From: Pseudomonadota bacterium
GTDB lineage: Bacteria; Pseudomonadota; Gammaproteobacteria; Burkholderiales; JABEVD01
Assembly (NCBI GenBank): GCA_021802655.1
Contig: JAJZRP010000004.1
Coordinates: forward strand, 3,288 to 67,287
Length of the DNA stretch: 64,000 bases
Direction: 5' to 3'
Positions 28,938 to 39,136 of the stretch are shown piece by piece; within the stretch, counting starts at the first letter, position 1; every line of letters begins with the position of its first letter. A program made the translations under genes and the position numbers. The notes under the pieces are model-generated. The model was given only the letters and a program-made list of their open reading frames with translations, was not told the origin of the DNA and made no database searches.

Positions 28938-29187
28938 TTTTGTAAAGATCCCAAAAGAACCAGCCCCGCTTCAGCCATCTGAAAGTCCTGGCAGGCTTGA
29001 GAACAAATAATGCCGCAGCAGCAAGGGCGGGAATGAGCGGGTGTTCCTTGAGGTATCGGGCAAAGGCGATTCCTTTGCCGATTGCGGCAAGGGGCGGCTT
29101 GAGAATCTGCGCTTCATGTGCAAGATCCCGTCTCTGCCTTGCGATCCTTGCCAGAATCGCCTGTTTGCGCAGGGCAATCGCGCTCAT
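28906..29187 (-). CDS. YqjK-like protein
   Basis: ATG 29187 gives MSAIALRKQAILARIARQRRDLAHEA..., with one C-terminal hydrophobic segment. Position after a yqjE-like gene matches the E. coli yqjDEK operon. Confidence 0.55.
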   Translation of the reverse strand: MSAIALRKQAILARIARQRRDLAHEAQILKPPLAAIGKGIAFARYLKEHPLIPALAAAALFVLKPARTFRWLKRGWFFWDLYKNARKKLTGDA

Positions 29188-29552
29188 TCCAAATCGCTCA
29201 TGTCTCGGGAAAACTCTGCAAGACTCTGCGAGAAAAGACCGGGTTTCGATTTTGCCTTCTTCAGGAAAAGCGCTCCGGTATAGAGGCCGGCGGCTGAGAA
29301 AAGCGCGGCGAGAATACCCAGAGCGAGCAGCCTGTCGTCCCAGAAGGCCACCAGAATCAGAACGACAGTCAGGATCACCGCAATGCCGAGGAAGAACAGG
29401 GAAAGCGCTGCGCAAAAAGCGAGCCCTGCAAGCCGCGCAACTTCCTCCTCGAATTCGACAGAAAGCAATTCGACGCGCGTTTTGGCTATCCCGGCCAGGG
29501 TCGCCAGAAGCCGCTTCACAGAAGAAAACAGCCCCGACCCATCATTGCCCAT
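29184..29552 (-). CDS. YqjE-like (DUF1469 / phage-holin-family) membrane protein
   Basis: ATG 29552 gives MGNDGSGLFSSVKRLLATLAGIAKTRVELLSVEFEEE..., followed by two TM helices. Confidence 0.6.
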   Translation of the reverse strand: MGNDGSGLFSSVKRLLATLAGIAKTRVELLSVEFEEEVARLAGLAFCAALSLFFLGIAVILTVVLILVAFWDDRLLALGILAALFSAAGLYTGALFLKKAKSKPGLFSQSLAEFSRDMSDLE

Positions 29553-29557
29553 ATAGC

Positions 29558-29863
29558 TCAGCGGCGACCGATCAGCATGCCGATGACGAGGCCGACGCCG
29601 GCTGCGATTCCGACGGACCTCCATGGATTTTCATGGACATAACCGTCCGCGACCCTGGCGGCTTCCTTGCCCTTGTCGAGCAGCATGCCTTCCGCTTCCC
29701 TGAGCTTCGCCTTGGCTTCGGTGATCTTTTTCTCGAGCTTCACACGGGTTGCCGAGAATTTCTCCCCGGCTTCGCTTGCCGTTGCCTGGAGCAACTCCTC
29801 GGCATCGGCTATGACGACCTTGAAATCCGCTACCAGTCTTTCTTTTGATTCTGCTGAATTCAT
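29558..29863 (-). CDS. ElaB/YqjD family (DUF883) tail-anchored stress protein
   Basis: ATG 29863. Helical N-terminal part. C-terminal HENPWRSVGIAAGVGLVIGMLIGRR is characteristic of the family. Confidence 0.75.
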   Translation of the reverse strand: MNSAESKERLVADFKVVIADAEELLQATASEAGEKFSATRVKLEKKITEAKAKLREAEGMLLDKGKEAARVADGYVHENPWRSVGIAAGVGLVIGMLIGRR

Positions 29864-29939
29864 GATGAAATCCCTTTTCGTGAAATGACCTGCTTCCGAT
29901 TCCATTATAGGGAGTAAAAGAAGGGTTTTCCAGTCCGGA

Positions 29940-30863
29940 TCAGTCGTTCAGCTGTTTCGGGATGGGGAAGGAGACATTTTCATGAATGCCCTGCAATTCG
30001 CAAACCTCGCCGGCTCCCAACTCCTTCAGCCTTTCGATCACTTCCTGAACCAGCTGCTCCGGAGCGGACGCGCCGGCTGTGACGCCTATCCTGTTTTTTC
30101 CGGAAAACCATTCAACTCTCAATTCGCTCGCATTGTCGACCATGTGGGATTCCACCCCGAGGGATCTTGCGACCTCCCTCAGCCTGTTTGAATTGGAGCT
30201 GTTCGGGGAACCGACCACGATGACGAGGTCGCTTTGTTCCGAAAGCATCTTGACCGCATCCTGGCGATTCTGCGTGGCATAACAGATGTCGTCCTTTTTC
30301 GGCCCGACGATTTTGGGAAAGCGCGCCTTGAGGGCTTCGACGATTCTGGAGGCATCGTCCACTGAAAGCGTGGTCTGGGTCACAAAGGCGAGGTTTTTCG
30401 GGTCACTGACTCTCAAAAGGGGCACATCCTCGGGCTTTTCGACGAGATACATCCCCCCTGTCGACTGGCCCATGGTGCCTTCCACTTCGGGGTGCCCGGC
30501 GTGCCCTATCATGATGATTTCCCTGCCCTGCTCGCGCATCCTGACCACTTCGACATGGACTTTCGTGACGAGCGGGCAAGTCGCATCGAACAGCCTGAAT
30601 CCCGCATTTTCCGCCTGTTTTCGCACGGCGAGGGAAACGCCGTGAGCGCTGAATATCAGCGTGGCGCCTTTCGGAACCTCTGCGAGATCCTCGATGAAGA
30701 TCGCTCCCTTTTTCTTGAGGTCGTCGACCACGAACTTGTTGTGGACGACTTCGTGGCGCACGTAAATCGGCGCACCGAAGTTGGCGAGCGCGCGCTCGAC
30801 GATTTCGATGGCACGGTCGACACCCGCGCAGAATCCCCTGGGGTTGGCGAGCAGCACCTTCAT
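29940..30863 (-). CDS. ispH: 4-hydroxy-3-methylbut-2-enyl diphosphate reductase
   Basis: ATG 30863 gives [23 protein letters not shown]...; 307 aa. ATGA overlap with the lspA stop. The upstream extension of the listed ORF is a shadow over lspA. Confidence 0.95.
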   Translation of the reverse strand: MKVLLANPRGFCAGVDRAIEIVERALANFGAPIYVRHEVVHNKFVVDDLKKKGAIFIEDLAEVPKGATLIFSAHGVSLAVRKQAENAGFRLFDATCPLVTKVHVEVVRMREQGREIIMIGHAGHPEVEGTMGQSTGGMYLVEKPEDVPLLRVSDPKNLAFVTQTTLSVDDASRIVEALKARFPKIVGPKKDDICYATQNRQDAVKMLSEQSDLVIVVGSPNSSNSNRLREVARSLGVESHMVDNASELRVEWFSGKNRIGVTAGASAPEQLVQEVIERLKELGAGEVCELQGIHENVSFPIPKQLND

Positions 30864-31327
30864 GATTTGCCCTTCCTGAGATTGTCCAGAATCAGCAGCA
30901 TCGCTCCCAGCGTGATGGCCGAATCGGCCAGATTGAAGGCCGGGAAATGATGTTCGGCAAGATGAAAGTCGAGGAAGTCGACGACATGCCCTATCCTGAT
31001 CCTGTCGACAAGATTGCCCAGCGCCCCGCCCAGAACGAGGCTCAGGGCGAGGCTGAAAAGCAATTCCCCCCTGTGTTTCCTGAGCAAAAAGAGGATCAGG
31101 ATCGATGCGGCAACCGCGATGACCATGAAAAAACCCCTCTGCCACCCCCCGGCATCGTTGAGGAAGCTGAAGGCCGCGCCCTCGTTGTAAAGGAGGACCA
31201 GGCTGAAAAAGGAAGTGAATGCCACCTCGCCTTTTTCGGAGAGCATTTTCACGATTTCCCATTTGCTCGCCTGGTCGAGCAGGACGACGGCAAAGCTCAG
31301 GAAAAGCCAGCGCATCCACTCAAGCAT
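30860..31327 (-). CDS. lspA: signal peptidase II (lipoprotein signal peptidase)
   Basis: [37 protein letters not shown] blocks. Start at ATG 31327 or 31315. Confidence 0.9.
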   Translation of the reverse strand: MLEWMRWLFLSFAVVLLDQASKWEIVKMLSEKGEVAFTSFFSLVLLYNEGAAFSFLNDAGGWQRGFFMVIAVAASILILFLLRKHRGELLFSLALSLVLGGALGNLVDRIRIGHVVDFLDFHLAEHHFPAFNLADSAITLGAMLLILDNLRKGKS

Positions 31328-34133
31328 GGGTCCGCTCCTCGCCTTCCCCGTACAGGTTCGCGGTGCAGCGCCCGCAGATCGAGGGATGCTGCCTGTCTGA
31401 CCCCACATCCTCCCGGTAGTGCCAGCAGCGCTCGCATTTCTGGTGGGGACTCGCCTTCACGATGATGCTTTGTTCGGACGATTCGACGAGAAACGCTTTC
31501 GATGTCACGAGCAGGAAGCGCAGATCCTCTCCAAGCGAATTCAGCAGTTGGTACTTTTCGCCATTCGCACGAATTTCGATCTCGGCTGCAAGCGATGAGC
31601 CGATGAGTCCGGCTTGGCGCGCCTCCTCGAGATGCTTCTGGGCTTCAGAGCGGTATTCCCTGAGCTTTGCCCACTTCGCAAGCAAGGCATCCCCATGCTC
31701 CTGCCCGGGAAACGAATGCCAGGTATGGAAAAACACGCTTTCCTCGGGGTCATTCGTAAAAAACGTCCAGGCTTCCTCGGCTGTAAAGGAAAGGACGGGG
31801 GCGAGCAGCCTCAGCAGACTGTGGAGCACATGGTAAAGGGCGTTCTGGGCGGAGCGACGCGCGACAGAATGTTCCCCCGAAGTGTAGAGCCTGTCCTTCA
31901 GGATGTCGAGGTAGAATCCACCCAGGTCTTCTGAGCAGAAATGGTGCAGGCGCTGTGCGACGAGATGGAATTCGTACCGATCGTAGTGTGCTGCCAGTTC
32001 CCTTTGCAGGGAGGCCGAAAGCGCCAGCGCATACCGGTCGATTTCCAGCCATTGTTCGACGGGCATGCCATGCTTTTCCGGGTCGAAGTCGGCGAGATTG
32101 GCGAGCAAAAAGCGCATCGTGTTCCTGATCCTGCGGTAGCTTTCCGTCACACGCTTCAAGATTTCGTCGGAGATCGTGAGCTCCCCGGAATAGTCCGTCG
32201 ATGCGACCCACAGGCGCAATATGTCCGCGCCCAGCGTATCCATGACTTTCTGCGGACTCACCACATTGCCCTTCGATTTGCTCATCTTGTGGCCGTGGGC
32301 ATCGACGACGAAACCGTGGGTGAGCAACGCCCTGTAGGGGGCACGGGAATCGATCGCGCAGCCGGAAAGAAGGGACGACTGGAACCATCCCCGGTGCTGG
32401 TCGGAGCCTTCGAGATAGAGGTCCGCGGGATAGGCGAGGTCCGATCTTGTCCGCAATACCGAGAAATGCGTGGTTCCGGAATCGAACCAGACATCCAGCG
32501 TGTCTTTCAGCTTTTCAAAGGACGGATCGACGCCGAGCTCCTTCTGGTCGAGGGAGAACCAGGCTTCTATGCCGTCATTTTCGATTTTCTTCGCGACTTT
32601 TTCGATGAGTTCGGGGGTATCGGGATGAAGCTCGCCGGTTTCCTTGTGGACGAAAAAGGGAATCGGCACCCCCCAGTTCCTCTGGCGGGAGATGCACCAG
32701 TCCGGCCTTTTTTCCACCATGCCTTCGAGCCGCGCCCTCCCCCAGGACGGAAAGAATTCGGTGCTTTCCACGGCGCTTGATGCGATCTCCCTGAGGGGGT
32801 TTTCTCCCGAATCCATGCCGATGAACCACTGGGCCGTGGCGCGGAAAATGATCGGACTCTTGTGGCGCCAGCAATGGGGATAGCTGTGCCTGATCTGCTC
32901 GACTTTCAAAAGATGCCCGCTCGTCTGCAGCGCTTCGATCACGACGGCATTGGCCTTCCAGACGGAAAGCCCGCCCACGAGCGGCACTGAATCGAAAAAC
33001 TTGCCATCTCCGTTCACGGGATTTTCGACTTTCAGCCCGTATTCCAGTCCGACGAGATAGTCGTCCACGCCGTGAGCCGGGGCGGTATGCACGGCTCCCG
33101 TGCCGGCATCGGCAGTCACATGGTCGCCCAGAATCACAGGCACTTGCCGATCGTAGAACGGATGCTTGAGCAAAATATGTTCCAAACTTTTGCCAAGACA
33201 ACCATCAATTATATTGATTCGGCTATCGCTTGGGGCAATGCCATACCGGTTCAAAGCCTCATCGCGTAGCTGGTCGGCAAGCACGAGATATTCCTTGCCC
33301 GTATCGACCACGTCATAGTGAAATTGCGGATTCAGGCAAACGGCTTCGTTGGCAGGCAATGTCCAGGGCGTCGTGGTCCAGATCACGAAATAAACCGGCT
33401 TTGTGTAATCCCTGTCGTCTCCCATAGGGATGCGGCCTTCGCGCGCCAAGGTCCTGCCAGCAGCCTTGTCCCAGAAACCTTCCCGGTCTATCACTTCGAA
33501 TTTCACGTCTATCGCGGGGGAAGTCTTGTCCTCGTATTCGACTTCGGCTTCCGCAAGCGCGGAGCCGCAGTCGAGGCACCAGTTGACGGGCTTCTGCCCC
33601 CTGTAGATGTGGCCGTTCTCGAGAATTTTTCCGAGCGCCCTGACGATGTCGGCCTCGGTTTTGAAATTCATCGTGAGATAGGGGTTTTCCCAGTCGCCGA
33701 GAACACCGAGTCGGATGAAATCCTGTTTCTGGCTTTCCACCTGCACGGCCGCATATTCCCTGCACAGGCGCCTGAATTCGTCTGGAGAGACTTCCCTTTT
33801 GCCGAGCTGCTTCTCGACCATCAGCTCGATGGGCAGGCCGTGGCAGTCCCATCCCGGAACGTAGGGGGCGTCGAAGCCGGAAAGGGTCTTCGACTTGACG
33901 ATGATGTCCTTCAGGATCTTGTTGACCGCATGCCCGATGTGAATGTCGCCGTTGGCATAGGGCGGGCCGTCGTGCAGGATGAATTTCGGCCTGTTCGCCG
34001 CGACTTCGCGGATTCTTCCATAGCGGTTCTTCAGGCGCCAGGATTCCAGCATGCCCGGCTCGCGTTTTGCGAGATCGCCCCGCATCGGGAACAGCGTATC
34101 CGGGAGATTCAATGTTTGCTTGTAGTCTGTCAT
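31320..34133 (-). CDS. ileS: isoleucine--tRNA ligase
   Basis: HIGH ([11 protein letters not shown]) and KMSKS motifs. C-terminal CERCWHY...CGRC zinc knuckle. ATG 34133 ([11 protein letters not shown]) is preferred over the listed TTG 34145. Confidence 0.95.
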   Translation of the reverse strand: MTDYKQTLNLPDTLFPMRGDLAKREPGMLESWRLKNRYGRIREVAANRPKFILHDGPPYANGDIHIGHAVNKILKDIIVKSKTLSGFDAPYVPGWDCHGLPIELMVEKQLGKREVSPDEFRRLCREYAAVQVESQKQDFIRLGVLGDWENPYLTMNFKTEADIVRALGKILENGHIYRGQKPVNWCLDCGSALAEAEVEYEDKTSPAIDVKFEVIDREGFWDKAAGRTLAREGRIPMGDDRDYTKPVYFVIWTTTPWTLPANEAVCLNPQFHYDVVDTGKEYLVLADQLRDEALNRYGIAPSDSRINIIDGCLGKSLEHILLKHPFYDRQVPVILGDHVTADAGTGAVHTAPAHGVDDYLVGLEYGLKVENPVNGDGKFFDSVPLVGGLSVWKANAVVIEALQTSGHLLKVEQIRHSYPHCWRHKSPIIFRATAQWFIGMDSGENPLREIASSAVESTEFFPSWGRARLEGMVEKRPDWCISRQRNWGVPIPFFVHKETGELHPDTPELIEKVAKKIENDGIEAWFSLDQKELGVDPSFEKLKDTLDVWFDSGTTHFSVLRTRSDLAYPADLYLEGSDQHRGWFQSSLLSGCAIDSRAPYRALLTHGFVVDAHGHKMSKSKGNVVSPQKVMDTLGADILRLWVASTDYSGELTISDEILKRVTESYRRIRNTMRFLLANLADFDPEKHGMPVEQWLEIDRYALALSASLQRELAAHYDRYEFHLVAQRLHHFCSEDLGGFYLDILKDRLYTSGEHSVARRSAQNALYHVLHSLLRLLAPVLSFTAEEAWTFFTNDPEESVFFHTWHSFPGQEHGDALLAKWAKLREYRSEAQKHLEEARQAGLIGSSLAAEIEIRANGEKYQLLNSLGEDLRFLLVTSKAFLVESSEQSIIVKASPHQKCERCWHYREDVGSDRQHPSICGRCTANLYGEGEERTHA

Positions 34134-34134
34134 G

Positions 34135-35055
34135 TCAGTTTTCAAAATATCGCCTGGCGTCCTGCACGTCCCTGCCTATCCTGGCCTTCAGGGTTTCGAG
34201 ATCGGGAAATTTTTCCTCATCGCGCAATTTGAACAGAAAATCGACGCGCAGGCGAGCGCCGTAGATTTCCCCTTCGAAATCGATGAGGTGCACTTCGAGT
34301 ACGGGATTGCCGCCGCGAACCACCGTGGGCCTCACGCCCAGGCTGGCCGCTCCCCTGATGGGTTTCTTCCTGATACCGTGGACTTCGACCACATGAATTC
34401 CTGAAAGCGGCGGCTTGTTGTGCTTGAGCTTGATGTTCGCCGTGGGATAGCCCAGGGTCTTGCCGAGCTTGTCGCCATGGACAACGCGGCCTACGATGCT
34501 GTAATTTCGCCCCAGAAGGCGCGTCGCAAGCGCGAAATTCCCGGCCCGGACGGCTTCCCTCACGAGCGTGCTGGAAATCCGGTGCCCGTCAAGCTTCACG
34601 CTGTGCATGGCTTCGACTTCGAAACCGAATTGCTTCCCGGCTGCCTCCATCGAGGCGAAATTCCCGGCGCGCTTCGCGCCGTAATGGAAGTCGTCTCCTA
34701 TCAGCACCCATTTAGCGCCCATCCCGGAATGGATCTTGTATTCGAATTCCGAGGAATCCATTTTCGCGAATTTCGCATCGAAGCGGCACAGGTGGACCCG
34801 GTCTATGTTCAGCGCTGCGAAAAGCGAGAGCTTCTCGCGCATGTCCGTGAGCCTGGCCGGAGCATTGGCAGGATCGAAGAATTCCCTGGGGTGGGGCTCG
34901 AAGGTCATGACGCAGGCGGGAATGCCCAGGGATTTCGCCTTCTCGACAAGACGCGCAAGAACGGCCTGATGCCCGAGATGAACGCCGTCGAAGTTGCCTA
35001 TGGTGAGGGCGACCGGAACTTCGGCTTTTTCGGGGATTCCGCGGAAAACCAGCAT
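34135..35055 (-). CDS. ribF: bifunctional riboflavin kinase / FMN adenylyltransferase
   Basis: 306 aa. [20 protein letters not shown], the usual two-domain layout, and the conserved position before ileS. Confidence 0.95.
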   Translation of the reverse strand: MLVFRGIPEKAEVPVALTIGNFDGVHLGHQAVLARLVEKAKSLGIPACVMTFEPHPREFFDPANAPARLTDMREKLSLFAALNIDRVHLCRFDAKFAKMDSSEFEYKIHSGMGAKWVLIGDDFHYGAKRAGNFASMEAAGKQFGFEVEAMHSVKLDGHRISSTLVREAVRAGNFALATRLLGRNYSIVGRVVHGDKLGKTLGYPTANIKLKHNKPPLSGIHVVEVHGIRKKPIRGAASLGVRPTVVRGGNPVLEVHLIDFEGEIYGARLRVDFLFKLRDEEKFPDLETLKARIGRDVQDARRYFEN

Positions 35056-35098
35056 AGTTCTTGCAAAATAATGAATTTTACTGCTTATCCCTGCAATT

Positions 35099-36232
35099 TC
35101 AAAGCATGGTTTTGGCTGCGTTCCACCAATGGGTCAGCCAGCCGGCCTTTTCCACGGGCGACAAGGCCACAAGAGGAATCTCGACGACTTTCCGGCTGCC
35201 GTCGCTCAGTATCAATTTGCCGACCGCCTGTCCGCGCTTCAATGGCAGGGGAATCGATGTCGGGAATTCCAGACTGGGCTTGAGACTTGAATAGGTGCCC
35301 CTGGGCACGGTCACCCAGACGTCTTCCAGGGGGCCTACCCGGATTTGCATGGGACTCGCTTTCGTATCCTGGATTTTGCCGACCGGCTTCCCGGCAATGT
35401 AGGCCTTGTGCGTCTCGAAGAAACGGTAGCCGTAATCCAGCAGCGCTTCGGCCGATTTGGCGCTGGCTTCCCGGGAGGATGCGCCGAGCACCACCGCGAT
35501 CAGCCTGTGCCCGTCCCGCACTGCGGTTGCATCCAGACAGTAGCCCGCATCGTCGGTGTGGCCGGTTTTCATGCCAGTCACCGTACTGTCGCTGAAAACC
35601 AGGGGATTCCAGTTGTTTTGGGTGACATGATTGTAGGTGAAGGTCTTTTCCCCGAAATAATGCAGGTATCCGGGATACTTCCTGATGATCGCCTCGGTCA
35701 GGATGCCGATGTCCCTTGCGCTGGTCAGATGGGAAGGCATCGGCAGGCCATCGACGTTGAGGAAGTGGCTTTCGTTCATGCCGAGCTGCCCGGCGGTGGC
35801 ATTCATCATTTGCACGAAGCTGTCCATGTTGCCCGCGATCGCCTCCGACAGGGCCACTGCGGCATCGTTTCCGGATACCACCACCATTCCCTGGATCGCC
35901 TGCTCCACCGTCACCGGCAGACCGGGCTGCAGGAACATGGTCGATCCGCCCGCCTTCCAGGCAGCCACGCTGACCGGCACATTCTGACCAAGCCCTAGAG
36001 TGCCGTTCGATATCGCCTGGAAAGTCAGATAGGCGGTCATCAGCTTGGTCAGGCTGGCAGGCGGCACCTGCTTTTCCGCATCGTGCGCGGCAAGCATCTG
36101 CCCGGACAGCGGATCGACCAGTGCATAATTGCGCGCATCCACCTGGGGCGCTGCCGGGAGCGGGAGCGGATCGGCAAGGGCATTCGGTGCGGCCAGCAAC
36201 AAGACGCCCAGGGGCAGGATCGGTAATTTCAT
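35099..36232 (-). CDS. dacC: D-alanyl-D-alanine carboxypeptidase (PBP5/6 class)
   Basis: ATG 36232 gives signal peptide MKLPILPLGVLLLAAPNALA. SLTK (SxxK), SGN and KTG motifs. Confidence 0.85.
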   Translation of the reverse strand: MKLPILPLGVLLLAAPNALADPLPLPAAPQVDARNYALVDPLSGQMLAAHDAEKQVPPASLTKLMTAYLTFQAISNGTLGLGQNVPVSVAAWKAGGSTMFLQPGLPVTVEQAIQGMVVVSGNDAAVALSEAIAGNMDSFVQMMNATAGQLGMNESHFLNVDGLPMPSHLTSARDIGILTEAIIRKYPGYLHYFGEKTFTYNHVTQNNWNPLVFSDSTVTGMKTGHTDDAGYCLDATAVRDGHRLIAVVLGASSREASAKSAEALLDYGYRFFETHKAYIAGKPVGKIQDTKASPMQIRVGPLEDVWVTVPRGTYSSLKPSLEFPTSIPLPLKRGQAVGKLILSDGSRKVVEIPLVALSPVEKAGWLTHWWNAAKTML

Positions 36233-36288
36233 GGGGTTTCCTATGCATGCGGTCAATCCTGCAATTATACGGAAACCCGGAGGAGAAT

Positions 36289-37539
36289 TCAGATCATCAT
36301 GCCGGCCGCCACCGTGTTGTTGGTGGCTTCGTCGATCACGATGAAGCTGCCGGTGGCACGGTTCTTACTGTAGCTGTCGGAAGCGAGTGCTTGCTGAACC
36401 TTGAATCCCACCCTGGCGATGTCGTTCATGGAAAGCACCTCCACCCCGGACTCCTGCTCCAGGGTATTGACGTTCACCCTGCAGGCTATCCTGTCGATCA
36501 TGATCCTGGCGGTTTTCGTCGTATGCTTGATCAGGTATCTGCGCCTCACATCAAGCCGATCTTCCGAGAGCCAGCAGAGCATCGCTTCGAATTCCTTCGA
36601 AAGATCGGGACGGTTTTCCGATTTCACGATCATGTCGCCGCGCGAAATATCGATTTCGTCTTCCAGCAACAAGGTGACCGACTGGGGAGCGACGGCCTCG
36701 ATCAGGTCGCCGTCAAAGGTCGAAATGGCCCTGACCCTGGAAGTCCTGCCGGAAGGCAGAACCGTGACCTCATCTCCGATCCTGAGGCTGCCCGACTCTA
36801 TCCTTCCCATGTACCCCCTGAAGTCGCGCCACTCTTCCGTTTGCGGCCTGCAAATCCATTGCACCGGAAAGCGGAAGTCTTCCATATTGATGTCGTGGTC
36901 GATCTCGATGTTTTCGAGCACTTCCAATAATGTCTCCCCCTCGTACCAGGGCATGCTGCTTCCCCGCTCGACGACATTGTCCCCGGAAAGCGCCGAGATC
37001 GGGATGGGAATGATGTTCCTGAGATTGAGGCCGGATGCGAATTCCCCGAAGTCTCCGACGATGGACTCGAACACCTCTTTCGAATAGCCGACGAGATCCA
37101 TCTTGTTGACCGCGACGACAAGGTGCGGGATGCCGACGAGGCTCGCCAGATAGGCATGGCGCCTTGTCTGGGTGAGCACGCCGCGCCTGGCATCGATCAG
37201 GATGATTGCGAGATTCGCGGTGGATGCCCCGGTCACCATGTTTCTCGTGTACTGCTCGTGCCCCGGTGTATCGGCAATGATGAATTTACGCTTCGGGGTG
37301 GCGAAATAGCGGTAGGCGACATCGATCGTGATGCCCTGTTCGCGCTCTGCCTGGAGCCCGTCAGTGAGCAGCGAAAGATCGACTCCTTCGAGGCCGCGCC
37401 TTTTCGTGGTTTTTTCGATGGCGCAAAGCTGGTCCTCGAAGATCGATTTCGAATCGTGCAGCAATCTGCCGATCAGGGTGCTCTTGCCGTCATCGACGCT
37501 TCCCGCAGTGATGAAGCGCAACAGTTCGATGTTTTTCAT
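36289..37539 (-). CDS. cysN: sulfate adenylyltransferase subunit 1 (GTPase only, no fused APS kinase)
   Basis: 416 aa. GSVDDGKST G1 motif, DTPGH, NKMD. The length leaves no room for a CysC domain. Confidence 0.9.
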   Translation of the reverse strand: MKNIELLRFITAGSVDDGKSTLIGRLLHDSKSIFEDQLCAIEKTTKRRGLEGVDLSLLTDGLQAEREQGITIDVAYRYFATPKRKFIIADTPGHEQYTRNMVTGASTANLAIILIDARRGVLTQTRRHAYLASLVGIPHLVVAVNKMDLVGYSKEVFESIVGDFGEFASGLNLRNIIPIPISALSGDNVVERGSSMPWYEGETLLEVLENIEIDHDINMEDFRFPVQWICRPQTEEWRDFRGYMGRIESGSLRIGDEVTVLPSGRTSRVRAISTFDGDLIEAVAPQSVTLLLEDEIDISRGDMIVKSENRPDLSKEFEAMLCWLSEDRLDVRRRYLIKHTTKTARIMIDRIACRVNVNTLEQESGVEVLSMNDIARVGFKVQQALASDSYSKNRATGSFIVIDEATNNTVAAGMMI

Positions 37540-38459
37540 CAGAAATATCCTTCCTTCTTCCTGAGTTCCATGGAAGCATCCGAGGTCTGGTCGTCCATCC
37601 TGGTCGCTCCCCTTTCCGTGACCCTGGTCGTCGCCGTCTCGACGATGATGTCTTCCAGGGTGGATGCATTCGATTCGACCGGGCAGGTGCAGGTCATGTC
37701 GCCCACTGTCCTGAAACGCACCGACAATTCCTCGATTTTCTCGTGTTCAAGAGGCCTCACCAAATGCGAGACGGGAAGAAGGCTGTCTCCCCTCCTGATC
37801 ACTTTGCGCCGGTGCGCAAAATAGATGCTGGGGATTTCGAGCTTTTCCCTGGCGATATACTGCCAGATGTCCATTTCGGTCCAGTTGCTGATGGGAAACA
37901 CGCGGATGTTTTCTCCCGGATGAACCCTGGTGTTGTACAGATCCCATAATTCCGGCCTCTGGTTTTTCGGGTCCCACTGACCGAATTCGTCCCTGAAGGA
38001 AAATATCCTCTCCTTGGCGCGCGCCTTCTCCTCGTCCCTTCTTGCCCCGCCTATGCAGGCGTCGAACCTGAATTCAGCTATCGCATCGAGCAGCGTGACC
38101 GACTGGAAGGCATTCCTGCTCTGGTCGGGATGCTTCAGGATGACGCGCTTTTGCCTTATCGATTCTTCCATTGACCGCACGATCAGCCTTTCCCCGAGCT
38201 CGAGAGCGCGCCGGTTCCTGAAATCGATCACCTCGAGAAAATTGTGCCCGGTATCGATGTGCAGAAGCGGAAAGGGAAATTTCGCAGGCCTGAACGCCTT
38301 TTCGGCAAGACGCAGCAGAACGATGGAATCCTTACCTCCCGAGAAAAGCAGGGACGGATTGGCGCATTCAGCCGCGACCTCCCTCAGGATGTGGATGGCT
38401 TCGCTCTCCAGCACGTCGAGATGGGTGAGGCGGCGAGAAATGATATGTAAATTGCCCAT
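37539..38459 (-). CDS. cysD: sulfate adenylyltransferase subunit 2
   Basis: ATG 38459. SGGKDS PP-loop. The stop overlaps the cysN start by 1 nt. Confidence 0.9.
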   Translation of the reverse strand: MGNLHIISRRLTHLDVLESEAIHILREVAAECANPSLLFSGGKDSIVLLRLAEKAFRPAKFPFPLLHIDTGHNFLEVIDFRNRRALELGERLIVRSMEESIRQKRVILKHPDQSRNAFQSVTLLDAIAEFRFDACIGGARRDEEKARAKERIFSFRDEFGQWDPKNQRPELWDLYNTRVHPGENIRVFPISNWTEMDIWQYIAREKLEIPSIYFAHRRKVIRRGDSLLPVSHLVRPLEHEKIEELSVRFRTVGDMTCTCPVESNASTLEDIIVETATTRVTERGATRMDDQTSDASMELRKKEGYF

Positions 38460-38460
38460 G

Positions 38461-39135
38461 TTATGCCTTTTTCCTGTGAAGTCCGCATTCCCTGCCGGAC
38501 GCATCTTCCCACCACCAGCGCCCTGCCCGTATGTCTTCGCCGCGAGTGATTGCGCGGGTGCAGGGGGCGCAGCCTATGCTGGGATAGCCCCTGTCGTGCA
38601 GGTCGTTGTAGGGGACGTTCTGCATGCGGATGTAATTCCACACTTCCGTCTCGGACCACTCCAGCAGCGGACTATATTTGTGCAAGCCGTTGTCCTCGTC
38701 ATAGACCGCATCCGCCAGGTCGCTGCGCGTCGGAGACTGCTGCCGCCTCATGCCGGTGATCCATGCCCCCTTGCCTTTTAGCGCCCGCGAGAGCGGCTCG
38801 ACCTTCCTGATCCGGCAGCAGGTTTTCCTCAATTCGACCGAATCGTAAAAGGCGTTCGGGCCGTTCCTTTCGGCATAGGCTTCGATCGAATCTGCTTTCG
38901 GGAAATAAACATCGATCTTCAATCCGTAGCGCTGCCTGGTTTTTTGCATCAACTGATAAGTTTCCTCGGGAAGTCGCCCGGTGTCGAGTGTGAATATCGA
39001 AACAGGAATGCCGTGCCTCGCTATCATGTCGATCAGCACCATGTCTTCCACACCGAAGCTGCTCGCAAGGCATGCAGGGGCATGACTGGCTGCAATATTT
39101 TCCAGAGCGTTGCGCAATGCTTCTATTTTTTCCAT
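38461..39135 (-). CDS. cysH: assimilatory adenylyl-sulfate (APS)/PAPS reductase, Fe-S type
   Basis: 224 aa. The CC pair (KTCCRIRKVEPL) plus CAPC, characteristic of the Fe-S-cluster APS-reductase subgroup. ECGLH near the C-terminus. Confidence 0.85.
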   Translation of the reverse strand: MEKIEALRNALENIAASHAPACLASSFGVEDMVLIDMIARHGIPVSIFTLDTGRLPEETYQLMQKTRQRYGLKIDVYFPKADSIEAYAERNGPNAFYDSVELRKTCCRIRKVEPLSRALKGKGAWITGMRRQQSPTRSDLADAVYDEDNGLHKYSPLLEWSETEVWNYIRMQNVPYNDLHDRGYPSIGCAPCTRAITRGEDIRAGRWWWEDASGRECGLHRKKA

Positions 39136-39136
39136 G

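Noticed and set aside
29940-31408. N-terminal extensions of the listed ORFs for ispH (459 aa) and lspA (182 aa). Similar extensions occur for bamC (to 19293), nadA (to 24983), cysD (to 38504), folK (to 47764) and the sensor kinase (from 59254).
   Set aside because: The extensions overlap the upstream genes and are Arg/Gly/Pro-rich. Internal ATGs give canonical family N-termini and ATGA or short-gap junctions.
35085-36248. 387-aa alternative-frame ORF over the carboxypeptidase gene. The same applies to 45817..46764 over panB/dNK and 60105..61514 antisense to metR.
   Set aside because: The co-located frames carry unmistakable family motifs (SxxK/SGN/KTG, PanB blocks, LysR HTH). The alternative frames are compositional artefacts.
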